Source: a bacterium | GTDB lineage: Bacteria > Babelota > Babeliae > Babelales > JABJEI01 | DNA: 64,000 bases | NCBI GenBank assembly: GCA_018663245.1 | Contig: JABJEI010000014.1 | Coordinates: forward strand, 3,436 to 67,435 | Direction: 5' to 3' | Shown here: piece after piece, positions 54,182 through 61,337 of the stretch | Layout: each line of letters begins with the position of its first letter | Numbering within the stretch: the stretch's first letter is position 1 | Position numbers and translations under genes: made by a program | Notes under the pieces: generated by a model | What the model was told of the DNA's origin: nothing | What the model saw: the letters and a program-made list of their open reading frames with translations, nothing else | Database searches by the model: none

Positions 54182-54252
54182 AAGATTAATTTCTTCATAA
54201 CTGGCGACAACTAAAACTGTCATTCTTATTTTGTATCCAAGGTATAAGCAAC

Positions 54253-54280
54253 AAAAAAACGAGGACCCGAAGGCCCCCGC
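54253..54280 (-). terminator. rho-independent terminator of paralog 3
   Basis: Minus strand CGGGGGCC-TTCG-GGTCCTCG followed by TTTTTTTG. Confidence 0.8.
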
Positions 54281-54307
54281 TATAAATCCATTGATCAAAT
54301 TATAAAA

Positions 54308-56350
54308 TTAAAGGCCACCGTCTCCGCCGCCACCACCAGATTGCCCGGTAGTTACACTAACGTTGAATAAATTTTTTGTAAGACGTGGATGCTTGTCAGC
54401 CAAGACTCGTACAGCATTACTAATATTCGCTGTGTAATCACGCAGTTTGGCTTTGTTGACCTCAACTTTTTGGTCAGCACCATCACCAACAACAGTTACA
54501 ATATCATTGGCAACAAGTACATTGTATGCCTTGTTTTTTTCTAATGAAAGACGAGACAAGTCCATACCTTCCAATCGATTGACGGCATTGTAACGCTCCT
54601 CAGCTGTGATTCCTGGCCAACGGGCTGTGATTTTGCGACCATCAACAGAGAAGTCGACACCTAAGTCTCTCAACGCATTTGTAACAGGACTAGTCTCTCG
54701 ATAGCTCTTCTTTGCGATTCTACGCTCGTACGTTTCTGGCATAGCTTTTTTGGACAAAAACTTTTTGACTGTTTTTTCTTGACGCTGCTTAGTCGTAAGA
54801 GGGTCATCCATGAAGACGGCATCATAAATGTCCTTAAACGATAAACTTTTGTTAATTCTCTTACCAACTGCGTCGCTGTAATCATTAATAGATTGATGGA
54901 TATCAGCAATAGATGAACCGACATCATCATGCGTTTTAGCCCCACTATAAAGATCCTCAGTAAGTTCTTGTAATCGATCAGACTCTCTCTTTACGAATGA
55001 GACCTCGTGATCACTCATTGCTTTACGGATCTTCTCTAACCGCTTTCTTGTTCGGTCTGACAACACTTGCTCTTTTACGTTGCCTTCTGATTTTTGATCA
55101 AGGTCTTTAAGAATCAATCTCTTTTTATCTTGAAGAGTATCATTTAAACCGGTACCAAACTTCTTTTCACCAGCCGTATCACCTATAAAACTGTAAACTT
55201 GGGCAAACGGCTCAACAAAGATCCCCTTGAAGAACTTATTAAGCTTACGACTTGTATTGTCAGTTGCCTTCTGAACTTTGCTAATATCCTGATCAAAATC
55301 TTTTACAAATTGCTCGTTGTTTGACAATACTTTACCAATGGCTTCTTTGCGCTCTGCAGAAGTAGAGGCGTCATTCAATTCCATTTTGAGCTCATCGATT
55401 TCAACTGGCAACATATCTGCCTTGGCAACTTCAACATCGCCCAGCTCACGACCACTCGGATCACGAAACTCAATTATTTGGTTAAGAACCTCTAGCCCAT
55501 TCTTACGACTTTTCAGAAGCTCTCGCACCTCAAACAACTTATCCAAAACCTTATCAATACTACCCTTGGCACTAAGCGTTTCTATATTTTTTTTGGTCTC
55601 TGCATCTGAAGAATGTCCTGGAGAATCATCCTCAACAATACTATTAAATTCCTCAATAACTCTGTCCTTCATGTCCTCAAAAGCGTTTGCTGCCTCTTCA
55701 GGAGTAGCATGTTCTGGAACATCGACAACTAAATACCGAGGTAAACCTAAATCCCAAAAAGCATTCAATAACGACACGCCGGTCTTAGTCGGCTTATGAA
55801 GCTGCTCGAAAATATCTTTTACCGCCGGGCCATGCTCGTCGGTATCAAACTGCTCCTCGGCCTCTAACAGGTCTGGATCTTGAGATAACTCACCAGTATC
55901 GCTATCTTGATCGTCATTGTCACCAGAATTGTCCTCAATAGCTGAAAGCTTTTTCTCTACCTCTTGTATAATTTGCTTAACAGTCTCAAAGGAGTTCCCA
56001 ATGCTACCTAACTTCATTACAGCTTGATTATGGGCGCTATTTCTCTCTATCCTACTTTTATCCATATCACGAGCTGCATCCACAAGCTTCTCAGCATCTG
56101 AAAGCCTTTTTGCATTCAGCTTTTCAACTTTCTCCATTTCTTCTAACTGTTTTTGCTCATCAGCATCCAGCTGCCCATCCCGAGCCTCTTTAGCCTCGAG
56201 TTTAGCCTTCGCATCTTCCAATTTTTGCTGATTCTCTTCTTGTGCCTTGTACTCAGTCTCGATAGAGTTCTCACCCTCAATAGCGAACAATGCCCACGAA
56301 CCAAACAATCCCACAACCAGCAGGCTTATTAATAACTGTTTCTTCATCAT
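54308..56350 (-). CDS. secreted coiled-coil protein (leader family paralog 3), C-terminal GGGGGDGGL
   Basis: 680 aa beginning M-MKKQLLISLLVVGLFGSWALFAIEGENS. The second ATG at 56347 aligns with the paralog starts. Confidence 0.88.
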   Translation of the reverse strand: MMKKQLLISLLVVGLFGSWALFAIEGENSIETEYKAQEENQQKLEDAKAKLEAKEARDGQLDADEQKQLEEMEKVEKLNAKRLSDAEKLVDAARDMDKSRIERNSAHNQAVMKLGSIGNSFETVKQIIQEVEKKLSAIEDNSGDNDDQDSDTGELSQDPDLLEAEEQFDTDEHGPAVKDIFEQLHKPTKTGVSLLNAFWDLGLPRYLVVDVPEHATPEEAANAFEDMKDRVIEEFNSIVEDDSPGHSSDAETKKNIETLSAKGSIDKVLDKLFEVRELLKSRKNGLEVLNQIIEFRDPSGRELGDVEVAKADMLPVEIDELKMELNDASTSAERKEAIGKVLSNNEQFVKDFDQDISKVQKATDNTSRKLNKFFKGIFVEPFAQVYSFIGDTAGEKKFGTGLNDTLQDKKRLILKDLDQKSEGNVKEQVLSDRTRKRLEKIRKAMSDHEVSFVKRESDRLQELTEDLYSGAKTHDDVGSSIADIHQSINDYSDAVGKRINKSLSFKDIYDAVFMDDPLTTKQRQEKTVKKFLSKKAMPETYERRIAKKSYRETSPVTNALRDLGVDFSVDGRKITARWPGITAEERYNAVNRLEGMDLSRLSLEKNKAYNVLVANDIVTVVGDGADQKVEVNKAKLRDYTANISNAVRVLADKHPRLTKNLFNVSVTTGQSGGGGGDGGL

Positions 56351-56393
56351 CTTATCCCTTGCGATGAATATAATATTTTTATCTCTTACAACA

Positions 56394-56423
56394 ATTATGA
56401 ACTATTTGAAAAAGACAAAACAA
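56394..56423 (-). promoter_or_regulatory. putative sigma70 promoter of paralog 3
   Basis: Minus strand TTGTTT-(18 nt)-CATAAT plus the conserved 5'UTR cassette. Confidence 0.4.
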
Positions 56424-56456
56424 GAGTTTGTGTAGGTATAAGAAAAAATTAGACAC

Positions 56457-56485
56457 AAAAAAAGCGGGAGCTCGAAGGCCCCCGC
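56457..56485 (-). terminator. rho-independent terminator of paralog 4
   Basis: Minus strand GCGGGGGC-cttcga-GCTCCCGC followed by TTTTTTTG. Confidence 0.8.
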
Positions 56486-56511
56486 TTAAGTACGTTTATC
56501 AAATGCTAGAA

Positions 56512-57591
56512 TCAGAGATTTTTGTGCCCACCGTTGCCACCTTGATGTTGTTTTTGCCATTGATCATTATCGTAATCATAAGTTGTGTCATAATCATCTT
56601 GTTCTATTTCTTTTTCGACCAATTGGTCAGTAAAGTATATGGTTGCATCGTCGGGAAATGCAGGTAGATTTTCATGATCCTCCTCATCTGCATCAAAACG
56701 TTCTCTAACCTCATCTGCATACTTTATTTTAGCTTCGTCCGCCGCATCACCTGCCGCTCTTTTCTGCTCTGGTGCATCACGAATCTCTTTAATAAACGCT
56801 CCAGTTTTACCGAATTTACTAAACAACTTACCAATTGTCTTTGCATAAAAACTCTTAACGTTATTTTTAATCGTTTCTAAAATAAAACGAATTTTTGTTA
56901 TATATTTTCTCTCTTCTTTCTTAAGATCAGCTTTTGTAGCCTTAGGATCCTCAGCAATATTTTTTAAGTTCTTTTCAAACGTATTATTAGTTTTATTTAC
57001 ACTATCCACGATCGTTTTAGCTTCAGGGCTTTTTAAATCACTAGTATCAATCGGACTAAATATATTCTTTGAATCATCCGAATCTATTCCTGAATCATCA
57101 TCAGAATCCTTGAATAGATGTTCATCAATTAAATCCAAAACTTTTTGAGACAGAGGGGTTGATTCCTCATCGATGTCATCAGAGGTCTCTATATCATCAA
57201 GCTTTTCTAGCAATTCATTTCTAGTGTCCTCACTTGTATCAAGTTTACCTTCAACAGCTTCAATATCGTCGGCACTTTTTGAGGTCTTAGCCTTTTCAAG
57301 TGACGTATTAGCCTGTTCTAATTCTTTAGAATACGTCAAAACATGCTCTTGTAATGCTTCGTACTGCTCTTGCTGCTCAGCAGTGAGATTTTTTTCGTCT
57401 CTAAGTCTATCTCGCTCATCTTCCAAAGCTTCAAGCGATTTTTTCTGCTCCTTATACTCGTTCTGCGCATCCTCTAAACGAGTCTCAAGCTGCTCCGGCG
57501 ACTCTGCTGGCCCTTCACCTTCCATGGCAAATACTGCCCATGAACCAAGTAACCCGATAGCCAACAGGCCTATTAATAACTGCTTCTTCAT
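56512..57591 (-). CDS. secreted acidic coiled-coil protein (leader family paralog 4)
   Basis: 359 aa beginning MKKQLLIGLLAIGLLGSWAVFAMEGEGP. Has a very acidic body and the C-terminus ..QGGNGGHKNL. Confidence 0.88.
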   Translation of the reverse strand: MKKQLLIGLLAIGLLGSWAVFAMEGEGPAESPEQLETRLEDAQNEYKEQKKSLEALEDERDRLRDEKNLTAEQQEQYEALQEHVLTYSKELEQANTSLEKAKTSKSADDIEAVEGKLDTSEDTRNELLEKLDDIETSDDIDEESTPLSQKVLDLIDEHLFKDSDDDSGIDSDDSKNIFSPIDTSDLKSPEAKTIVDSVNKTNNTFEKNLKNIAEDPKATKADLKKEERKYITKIRFILETIKNNVKSFYAKTIGKLFSKFGKTGAFIKEIRDAPEQKRAAGDAADEAKIKYADEVRERFDADEEDHENLPAFPDDATIYFTDQLVEKEIEQDDYDTTYDYDNDQWQKQHQGGNGGHKNL

Positions 57592-57637
57592 CTTTTATCC
57601 TTTTGCGATGAATACACTATTTTTATTACTTATAGCA

Positions 57638-57667
57638 ATTATAGACTATTTAAAACAGTTGCTGCAA
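57638..57667 (-). promoter_or_regulatory. putative sigma70 promoter of paralog 4
   Basis: Minus strand TTGCAG-(18 nt)-TATAAT plus the conserved 5'UTR cassette. Confidence 0.45.
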
Positions 57668-57702
57668 TGGTCCACATAAATATAGGAAAAAAATTAAGCA
57701 CT

Positions 57703-57729
57703 AAAAAAGCGGGGTCTTTAAGCCCCGCC
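57703..57729 (-). terminator. rho-independent terminator of paralog 5
   Basis: Minus strand GGCGGGGC-ttaaaga-CCCCGC followed by TTTTTTAG. Confidence 0.75.
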
Positions 57730-57754
57730 TTAATTCGTTGACCAAGCTATCAAC

Positions 57755-58180
57755 CTAGAGACTTTTATCACCACTATTGGATGGTCTAGAACCATTCGAT
57801 TTATGTGATCGTTTGGCAATAGCTTCATTGGCTAACTTAATCTCATCAGAATAGTCCGGTGTCAAAATTTTATTTCTGATATCCGAAGGAAGTTTCTTGA
57901 TAGCACGTCCAACTTCTGTAAGCTCTACTACAAACTTCTTTAAGCCTTTTATAGCATCATCCCCTAAAGCAGAACCCTGGTCCTCAATACTCTCAAGTGC
58001 ACTTCTGACATTACGCCCAAAGTCATTAAAAGCTTGGGCAACAGCAGAGGTCGTAACTTGCTTATTATTTTGCTGCGTCTTGTGCTTAGTCCCAACGGCG
58101 CTCTGGCCTTCAATGGCAAACATCGCTCCTGTAACAAGTAATCCCGAAACAAACAGGCTGGTTAAAAGTAATTTCTTCAT
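57755..58180 (-). CDS. small secreted protein (leader family paralog 5)
   Basis: 141 aa beginning MKKLLLTSLFVSGLLVTGAMFAIEGQSA. Its body aligns with the C-terminal module of paralog 7 (A.NDFGR....A..S..D.G..L). Only 18 nt separate it from paralog 6, so the two are probably co-transcribed. Confidence 0.85.
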   Translation of the reverse strand: MKKLLLTSLFVSGLLVTGAMFAIEGQSAVGTKHKTQQNNKQVTTSAVAQAFNDFGRNVRSALESIEDQGSALGDDAIKGLKKFVVELTEVGRAIKKLPSDIRNKILTPDYSDEIKLANEAIAKRSHKSNGSRPSNSGDKSL

Positions 58181-58198
58181 TTTTTATCCTTTTTTAGA

Positions 58199-59266
58199 TC
58201 AACTCAAAATAGAGCCAACCCTTCTTTTTAAACCATCGAGCATATTAAAAACTTTACCAACGCGTCTTCCGTATAAATTCTCATTAGTTAAAATCGTGTT
58301 GCTATTTACATATCTTGACAACTTTTCTCTAGAGTTTTTTAATATCGGATCTGCTTTATCAAGATATGAATTACGACTTTCGCCGGTAATTCGTTGCCTC
58401 ATAGCATCAAAAACATACGGCTCAGATTTTTGAAGAAGGTCGTAAACTTTAACTACTCCCTTATGTAATTTATTCATCCGTTGAGTCTCGTCTACAGTCC
58501 GCTCACTATCTCTCATTTTATCAAGCCTTAACCATTCGGTTTCTGCACTATCTAGAATATCCATCTGAGAAAGCCATTCTCGCTTTACACTCTCAAGGCG
58601 TGGATCCTTGGCCTCTCCTGACTCAACTGGATCGAACAAATCTGGTAGCGGTTTCCACATTTGTCGTTTACCAGAATCAAAAAGCGTTCCCTCTAATCTC
58701 TTTTTAATATCATCAACTTTTTGATCAGAAAGTTTGTCATCCGTAGATTCCGAATCACTTTCCATGTCTCCAAGCTTCTTCTCTACCTTAGCTACGATCT
58801 CTTTGACGCTATCAAAGGATTTTTGGGCCTGATTTAGAGAATTCTCTGCTCTCCCGCTAAATCTTGCTATGTCCGCATGCAGCATATGATCGTTGGTATT
58901 AGTAACAAAACTACTTCCGTCGGAACTATGAATGGCCATTGCTTTTTCTAAAGCACTTTTAGCCTCTTCAACCTTTAAAAGCTCTTTCAAATTCTTCTTA
59001 GCATCTACAAGCCTCTCTGCATTCTTACGTGCTACTTCTCTCATTTTGTCTAACTGTAATTCCTCGCCTACACTCAACTCTCGCCCTTTTTTGGCCAATT
59101 CAGCCTGTTTAGCCTCAAGCACATCCCTAGCACTTTCCAACTTTTTCTGATTCTCTCTCTGCGTACTGTACTCAGACTCATAAGCGCTCTCGCCTTCCAT
59201 GGCAAACATTGCCACTGTACCCATTAATCCTGCCACAAGCAGGCTTATTAATAATCGTTTCTTCAT
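58199..59266 (-). CDS. secreted coiled-coil protein (leader family paralog 6)
   Basis: Trimmed from TTG 59293 to ATG 59266 (MKKRLLISLLVAGLMGTVAMFAMEGESA). Its N-terminal roughly 170-aa module aligns with paralog 3. Confidence 0.85.
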   Translation of the reverse strand: MKKRLLISLLVAGLMGTVAMFAMEGESAYESEYSTQRENQKKLESARDVLEAKQAELAKKGRELSVGEELQLDKMREVARKNAERLVDAKKNLKELLKVEEAKSALEKAMAIHSSDGSSFVTNTNDHMLHADIARFSGRAENSLNQAQKSFDSVKEIVAKVEKKLGDMESDSESTDDKLSDQKVDDIKKRLEGTLFDSGKRQMWKPLPDLFDPVESGEAKDPRLESVKREWLSQMDILDSAETEWLRLDKMRDSERTVDETQRMNKLHKGVVKVYDLLQKSEPYVFDAMRQRITGESRNSYLDKADPILKNSREKLSRYVNSNTILTNENLYGRRVGKVFNMLDGLKRRVGSILS

Positions 59267-59377
59267 CTTTTTATCCTTTTGCGATAAGTCCAAAATTTGC
59301 GTAATTACGCAATAACTTCATAATATTTAAATAATCAAAAATAAGTTCATGCATAGATCTAAAAAAAATTAGGTAAA

Positions 59378-59403
59378 TAAAAAACGGGGCCCAAAGGACC
59401 CCG
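59378..59403 (-). terminator. rho-independent terminator of paralog 7
   Basis: Minus strand CGGGGTCC-ttt-GGGCCCCG followed by TTTTTTATTT. Confidence 0.75.
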
Positions 59404-59419
59404 CCTATTACGCACTCAA

Positions 59420-60304
59420 TTAAATACTATTGTTTCCAGTATTGGATGATCCAGCATTAGGCCTGTTAGGAGCTCCCTCATCATCGCCAAACAACGCCTT
59501 GTAATTTGAATCTGCATCCGGATTTCCATCAAACGAAATTTTCGCTTTGATTGAAGGAAGATTTTCAATAACTGTTTTCAAGCTTTTCCAGCGCTCATTA
59601 ATAGCATTCTTAGCCTTTTCACTCAAAACAGTGCCTCGATCCTGCATACTATCAAAGGCATTTTTAAGATCACGTCCAAAGTCATTAAGGGCATTAACGA
59701 TTTCCCCTATTTTTGCTTTTGTATCGCTCACAATAGACTTCAATTTTTTATCTAAATTTTCGAATATGTCCAAAACTTTTCCAATATGCTCTCCATAGAG
59801 ATCTTTACTGGTGTATTCTGGCTCCCTGGAAAGCTCCTTCCTGAGATCGGCTATTTCCTTCTTAGAAAGTTCGTCATCCGTAGATTCCAAATCACTTTCC
59901 ATACTTGTAAGAGCCTCATCCGCTTTAAGAGCAGTATTTGCCCTATCTAAAGCTTCTCGTCCCTCAGAAGTATTACCTTCACTTTTAGCTGTCTCAATAT
60001 CACGACTAGCTTTATCTGTTTGAACTTTACTATCAGCTAAAGATTTTTTAGTCGCTTCTAGCTCCTCGCGCGCCTCTTTCCGCTCTTCTTCTGTTAAGCT
60101 CTCATCTTTCTCTCGCTGTTCAAGTTCATCTCGCTGCGACTCAAGCTCAGCTTGCTTTGCTTCCTGATTATCAAGTTCAGTTTTTGCATCTTCAACAGAT
60201 GTTTCAAATTCTGCCGACGTTGGAGCTTCACCTTCCATGGCAAACATCGAACCTGTACCCATTAATCCTGCAAATAGCAGGCTAGTTAAAAGTAATTTCT
60301 TCAT
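59420..60304 (-). CDS. secreted coiled-coil protein (leader family paralog 7)
   Basis: Trimmed from GTG 60337 to ATG 60304 (MKKLLLTSLLFAGLMGTGSMFAMEGEAP). Confidence 0.85.
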   Translation of the reverse strand: MKKLLLTSLLFAGLMGTGSMFAMEGEAPTSAEFETSVEDAKTELDNQEAKQAELESQRDELEQREKDESLTEEERKEAREELEATKKSLADSKVQTDKASRDIETAKSEGNTSEGREALDRANTALKADEALTSMESDLESTDDELSKKEIADLRKELSREPEYTSKDLYGEHIGKVLDIFENLDKKLKSIVSDTKAKIGEIVNALNDFGRDLKNAFDSMQDRGTVLSEKAKNAINERWKSLKTVIENLPSIKAKISFDGNPDADSNYKALFGDDEGAPNRPNAGSSNTGNNSI

Positions 60305-60351
60305 CTTTTTATCCTTTTTTGATGAATATAAATTCACAACTACACAATTTA

Positions 60352-60381
60352 ATTATACACAAAACGCAAAACATTTCACAA
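60352..60381 (-). promoter_or_regulatory. putative extended -10 promoter of paralog 7
   Basis: Minus strand TTGTGA-(18 nt, ending TGTG)-TATAAT, about 48 nt upstream of ATG 60304. Confidence 0.45.
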
Positions 60382-60559
60382 GGGTTGGGGTATAGTTTTT
60401 TATGAAGCAAAAAATAGAGCTACATAAAGTTGAAAAACAACAGCCACATTGACCCATCGTAAACATTGTCCATAAAAAAATGAAAAAAGATTTAAAGCGA
60501 ATATTAACCGTATTGCCAAAAGAAAATAGCTCAGCCCATTTTGAGCTAAAAAAAAGGAC

Positions 60560-60588
60560 TTGACTCTCACCATGCGAACTGCTAAAAT
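60560..60588 (+). promoter_or_regulatory. strong sigma70-like promoter with no downstream ORF
   Basis: TTGACT-(17 nt)-TAAAAT, preceded by an A-tract (GCTAAAAAAAAAGGA). Confidence 0.55.
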
Positions 60589-60594
60589 CCCGTG

Positions 60595-60715
60595 CAGACT
60601 ATCCTGATAAGGAACCAGTAGAAAATTTACAAGGGTCCCTAAGCGAGCAATACCTATAAAGTATTGTTCACCCCCCTAGCCCTTCAACTTGTCCTAAGTT
60701 GAAGGGACTTCTTTA
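60595..60715 (+). ncRNA. candidate small RNA of unknown class (about 120 nt)
   Basis: Bounded by the promoter at 60560..60588 and a hairpin CCCTTCAACTT-gtcct-AAGTTGAAGGG (60680..60706) followed by ACTTCTTT. No ATG-initiated ORF. Contains an internal hairpin CAATAC-ctataaa-GTATTG. Confidence 0.35.
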
Positions 60716-61020
60716 ATCCGTCTTCGCTCTTTTAGCTTCGCCGAGACAGAGGGGTATACCCCTTAACAATCCCATATAATTTTGAAACTTAATTTCTTAT
60801 ATATCTTCTAACAACAATTCTTATTTTTCTTGAAAACAAATCTTTATCTAACTTTTTTTTCATTAGTGGCTTGATACAAAAACCCTTTTTTTAGCAAGGG
60901 GTTGCTTGTCCAACCCCTTGCGGACAAGGACACCAAGGAGGGCCTTGGAACCCTACGCAAAAAACGTTGCAACCAAGCCCCTGCCCGGCCAAGCTTTACG
61001 CGAAGCCTTTGGCGAAGAAG

Positions 61021-61052
61021 GGTCATCCTCGTGAATACGGGGATCCAGGACT
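61021..61052 (-). repeat. divergent inverted copy of the REP-like unit
   Basis: Minus strand GTCCTGGATCCCCGTattcacgAGGATGACCC compares with GACTGGATCCCCGTtcaaagccGGGGATGACAA. It faces the copy at 61145 about 90 bp away. Confidence 0.5.
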
Positions 61053-61144
61053 ATAAGTTTTATCCGTTAAATACAATTCCACAGTTCATCTGAAAAAGTA
61101 CAATCATCAAGCAACCGACATACCCCATTCCTCAAAATGAGTTT

Positions 61145-61183
61145 CTGAAAGACTGGATCCCCGTTCAAAGCCGGGGATGACAA
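61145..61183 (+). repeat. REP-like palindromic repeat (ATCCCCG-N8-CGGGGAT), 39-nt unit
   Basis: Identical over 39 nt to 54143..54181. Confidence 0.8.
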
Positions 61184-61337
61184 GGAAAAAAACTTTTATC
61201 AGCCTTTACAGCGAAGAAGGGCCACGGAAAAGCCGAAAGCATGAACGAATAAAAAAAAGAGAAGCTTGTTTGTAAGAAAGGTTTTTGTTGGAAGAATTAG
61301 AAGTATTAGGGGCAATTAAGCCCCTAATAAAAATGAC

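Noticed and set aside
48173-60023. Many plus-strand Ser/Leu/Phe-rich ORFs (for example 50303..50734, 51269..51796, 55317..55799, 57173..57679 and 57897..58433).
   Set aside because: They are mirror images of the GAA/AAG/GAT-rich coiled-coil genes on the minus strand, which have signal peptides, RBSs, promoters and terminators. Antisense stop-free frames are expected from that codon bias.
60595-60715. Assignment of the candidate sRNA to SRP/4.5S RNA, 6S RNA, tmRNA or RNase P RNA.
   Set aside because: It has no GGAA/GNRA-capped domain IV with an AGCA symmetric loop, no tRNA-like ends or tag ORF, and no GAGGAAAGTCC block. The length is too short for 6S or RNase P. It is kept only as an unclassified candidate.
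60985-61055. Possible tRNA pseudogene next to the orphan trailer motif.
   Set aside because: The sequence adjoining the trailer (..GGATGACCC) lacks a T-loop (GTTCRANYC) and cannot be folded into acceptor and T arms. It matches the REP-like unit instead.
60844-61093. Track ORFs 60844..61026 (minus strand) and 60902..61093 (plus strand).
   Set aside because: They overlap each other within the palindrome and repeat mosaic. Both are Arg/Leu/Pro-rich as expected from GC-rich repeats, and neither has an RBS.
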